A DNA stretch of 53,448 nt, from contig CBDTYO010000001.1 of NCBI GenBank assembly GCA_965364615.1, positions 1-53,448 of the forward strand. Direction: 5' to 3'. Below are positions 50,942 through 53,448 of this stretch, in pieces. Source of the stretch: an uncultured Bacteroidia bacterium. Lineage in GTDB: Bacteria; Bacteroidota; Bacteroidia; Bacteroidales; GCA-2748055. Within the stretch, counting starts at the first letter, position 1. Every line of letters starts with the position of its first letter. The position numbers and the translations under genes were made by a program. The notes under the pieces were generated by a model. It was not told the DNA's origin and did no database searches. It saw nothing but the letters and a program-made list of their open reading frames with translations.

Positions 50942-51087
50942 ATCTAGTGCAAATTTTATCTTTTAGACAGCCTTGTGTGGCTTTTGTTGTCCGGATCTGG
51001 TGTTAAGCGCACAAAGATAGTCGTTTTAACCATTTTTAGTACTAATTTGCACAGTTATCAAACCCGGTTCTTACTCAAAGCACACCC

Positions 51088-53448
51088 ATGAAAAACAAAC
51101 TTATTTATCTTTTGGGGCTCCTGCTCCTCATCCTGGTTTCCTGCAATCCCACAGGCGACCAAACAGATTTCTCCGTAGATTTTGAGAAATACACCCTCGA
51201 AAACGGACTGGATGTTATTCTTCATACAGATACTTCCGATCCGATCGTATCGGTAGCCATCCAGTATCATGTGGGATCCAACCGGGAAAAACCCGGCCGC
51301 ACCGGATTTGCCCACCTTTTTGAACATATGATGTTCCAGCAGTCGGAAAATGTGGGTCAGGATGAGTTCTTTAAAAAGATCCAGGCGGCCGGTGGCACCC
51401 TGAACGGAGGGACCAATTCCGACGGAACGGTGTATTATGAAATTGTTCCGAAAAATGCCCTGGAAATGGCACTATGGCTGGAGTCAGATCGCATGGGCTA
51501 TCTGATCAACACGGTCACGCAATCAGCCTTTGCCAATCAGCAAAATGTGGTGCAGAATGAAAAAAGACAGATGGTGGATAACCGGCCCTATGGACACAAT
51601 TCCTGGGTGCTGGATAAAAATCTCTACCCAGAGGGCCATCCATACAGCTGGCAGGTGATCGGTGAAATGGAGGACCTTTTCAATGCCACCGTGGAAGATG
51701 TAAAGGAATTTCACTCCACCTATTACAGGCCCAACAACGCCACCCTGGTGGTGGCCGGTGATATTGAACTGGAAGAAACCAAAGCCCTGGTGGAAAAATA
51801 TTTCGGTGAAATTCCCGGGGGTGAACCCATGCAGGACATGGATCCCCGGCTGGTCACCCTGAATGAAACGATAAAACTTTACCACGAAGATAATTTTGCC
51901 AAAACTCCCAGGCTCACCATGGCCTGGCCTGCTGTGGAACAATACAGCCAGGATGCATATGCCCTGGATTTCCTGGGCCAGCTTCTTTCCGATGGGAAAA
52001 AGTCCCCCATGTACCGGATCATTGTAAAGAACAAGAAGCTAAGCTCAAGTGCCTCGGCCTACAACCGTTCCCGAGAGCTGGCAGGAAGTTTCCGGATCAC
52101 CGTCAATGCCAATGCCGGAGTGAGCCTGGCTGAAGTGGAAGACGCAGTATTTGAGTCCATGGAGCTCTTCGAAGAAGAAGGGATCACAGAGAATGATATG
52201 GACAGAATCAAGGCGGGACTGGAAACCCAGTTTTACAATGGCATCTCTTCCATACTTGGCAAAGGATTTCAAATGGCACGTTACAACGAATATGCAGGCT
52301 CGCCTTCCTTTATCGAACAGGACATCGCCAATATTCAGGCTGTCACCATGGAAGATGTAATGCGGGTGTATGAAACCTATGTGAAGGACAAGCCTTACGT
52401 GGCCACCAGTTTTGTCCCCAAAGGTTCCATGGAACTGGTAGCGGAGAATTCTGAAAAAGCCGATGTGGTGGAAGAAAGCATCATGGATGCCACTGAAGTA
52501 TCGCAGGAAATCACAGAAGCGGAAGAGGAGATCGTGAAAACACCCTCTTCTTTTGACCGCTCAAAGGAACCCGCCATGGGTCCCGATCCCGTGGTGATCC
52601 CCCCCAAAGTCTGGAGTGATGCTTTGTCGGGCGGAATCAAGATCTATGGGATTTCTTATGACGAAGTCCCATTGGTCAACTACTCGCTGGTCATCAAAGG
52701 GGGACATCTTCTGGATGCACCCGAGCGTCCGGGAGAAGCCTATCTCCTGGCTTCCATGCTGAACGAAGGCACAGCCAATAAAACGCCGGAAGAATTGGAG
52801 GAAGCCATTGACATGCTGGGGGCCCGCATCAGGGTTTACGGGGGGGAGCAATCCATCTCGGTCAGCGTCAATACCCTCTCCAGGAATTTCCAAAAAACCG
52901 TGGCCCTGGTGGAAGAGATCTTGCTGGAGCCCCGTTGGGACGAAGAACAATTTGAGCTGGCCAAAAGCAGGATCATCAACATGCACAAACGCAACAATGC
53001 CAATCCCAACTTCCTGGCCTATGTCACCTTCAACAACCTGGCTTTCGGAGAAGGCAGCGTATTTTCCAATCCAGCTTACGGAACCATGGAGAGCATCGAG
53101 TCCATGACCATGGAAGACCTGAAGGCTTACTATGAAAACAAACTGAGCCCGGCACTGGCTTCCCTGCATGTGGTGGGAAATATTCCCGCATCGGAAATCA
53201 AAGCTGCTTTTGAAGGCATCAATTCCCGCTGGGAATCCAGGGAAGTAAATTTTCCTGAAATAGAAATACCCGATAATCCGGAATCCTCTGCCATATATTT
53301 CGTAGATGTTCCCGGGGCCAAACAATCTGTGATCCAGATCGGAAACCTGAGCCCCACGCGGACCCATGCCGATTACGACGCCATCCAAACCATGAACTAC
53401 GAACTGGGGGGGTCCTTCAGCGGTGTGCTAAATCTGATCCTCAGGGAG
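51088..53448 (+). CDS. M16-family (insulinase/pitrilysin-like) zinc peptidase lipoprotein, 3' end outside window
   Basis: Frame 1 is open from ATG 51088 to the window edge (787 codons), so it is absent from the ORF track. Lipoprotein signal LLLLILVSC, inverted zinc motif HLFEHMMF (HxxEH), downstream NEKRQ, and a second M16 inactive-type domain. Confidence 0.85.
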   Translation, partial: MKNKLIYLLGLLLLILVSCNPTGDQTDFSVDFEKYTLENGLDVILHTDTSDPIVSVAIQYHVGSNREKPGRTGFAHLFEHMMFQQSENVGQDEFFKKIQAAGGTLNGGTNSDGTVYYEIVPKNALEMALWLESDRMGYLINTVTQSAFANQQNVVQNEKRQMVDNRPYGHNSWVLDKNLYPEGHPYSWQVIGEMEDLFNATVEDVKEFHSTYYRPNNATLVVAGDIELEETKALVEKYFGEIPGGEPMQDMDPRLVTLNETIKLYHEDNFAKTPRLTMAWPAVEQYSQDAYALDFLGQLLSDGKKSPMYRIIVKNKKLSSSASAYNRSRELAGSFRITVNANAGVSLAEVEDAVFESMELFEEEGITENDMDRIKAGLETQFYNGISSILGKGFQMARYNEYAGSPSFIEQDIANIQAVTMEDVMRVYETYVKDKPYVATSFVPKGSMELVAENSEKADVVEESIMDATEVSQEITEAEEEIVKTPSSFDRSKEPAMGPDPVVIPPKVWSDALSGGIKIYGISYDEVPLVNYSLVIKGGHLLDAPERPGEAYLLASMLNEGTANKTPEELEEAIDMLGARIRVYGGEQSISVSVNTLSRNFQKTVALVEEILLEPRWDEEQFELAKSRIINMHKRNNANPNFLAYVTFNNLAFGEGSVFSNPAYGTMESIESMTMEDLKAYYENKLSPALASLHVVGNIPASEIKAAFEGINSRWESREVNFPEIEIPDNPESSAIYFVDVPGAKQSVIQIGNLSPTRTHADYDAIQTMNYELGGSFSGVLNLILRE

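Noticed and set aside
52561-53388. A 275-aa ORF on the minus strand
   Set aside because: It is antisense to the M16 peptidase gene, which is open in frame 1 for 787 codons and carries the HxxEH motif.
1-53448. A search for CRISPR arrays, tRNA or rRNA genes, IS elements, integrases, prophage genes or defence-island genes
   Set aside because: No intergenic region exceeds about 200 nt, no regularly spaced repeats were seen, and no transposase, integrase, RT, nuclease or defence-type products appear in any frame. The window looks like conserved housekeeping and envelope chromosome rather than an accessory island.

Overview
This window looks like core chromosome of a Bacteroidota bacterium that has a type IX secretion system (T9SS) and gliding motility. 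It is densely coding, with about 45 genes and no gap longer than roughly 200 nt. I found no rRNA, tRNA, CRISPR array, transposase, integrase or phage genes. Recognisable content: (i) the 3' end of topA and an arginase-fold gene, then the T9SS core operon porP-gldK-gldL-gldM-gldN (1649-7535). (ii) manC-like, MlaE/MlaF-like ABC genes, then a translationally coupled three-gene minus-strand operon (10407-16254) that I cannot place in any named family. (iii) A TonB-dependent receptor, ung, trpS, rbfA, a methyltransferase and a LolE/FtsX-type permease. (iv) A 1495-aa SprB-repeat adhesin with a T9SS type-B C-terminal sorting domain, followed by its own PorP/SprF-type gene and a coupled DUF4296 lipoprotein gene (23133-28895). 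(v) rpoN, asnS, usp, gldA, a TPR protein, metK, ribE, saccharopine dehydrogenase, a TIGR02757-lolD-CaCA-tatA operon, a decayed histidine kinase with an intact response regulator, secDF, mdh, gpmI and an M16 peptidase. The best candidate for something undescribed is the three-gene envelope module at 10407-16254: a membrane-anchored beta-propeller protein, a lipoprotein, and a beta-barrel-like protein with a PorP/SprF-like N-terminal motif. Other items worth a second look are a perfect sigma-54 promoter facing a terminator in the ung/trpS gap (possible sRNA), a histidine kinase inactivated by an internal out-of-frame deletion, and an arginase-fold protein with degenerate metal ligands next to the T9SS core. 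All calls come from reading the translations and nucleotide motifs by eye. No database search was run.
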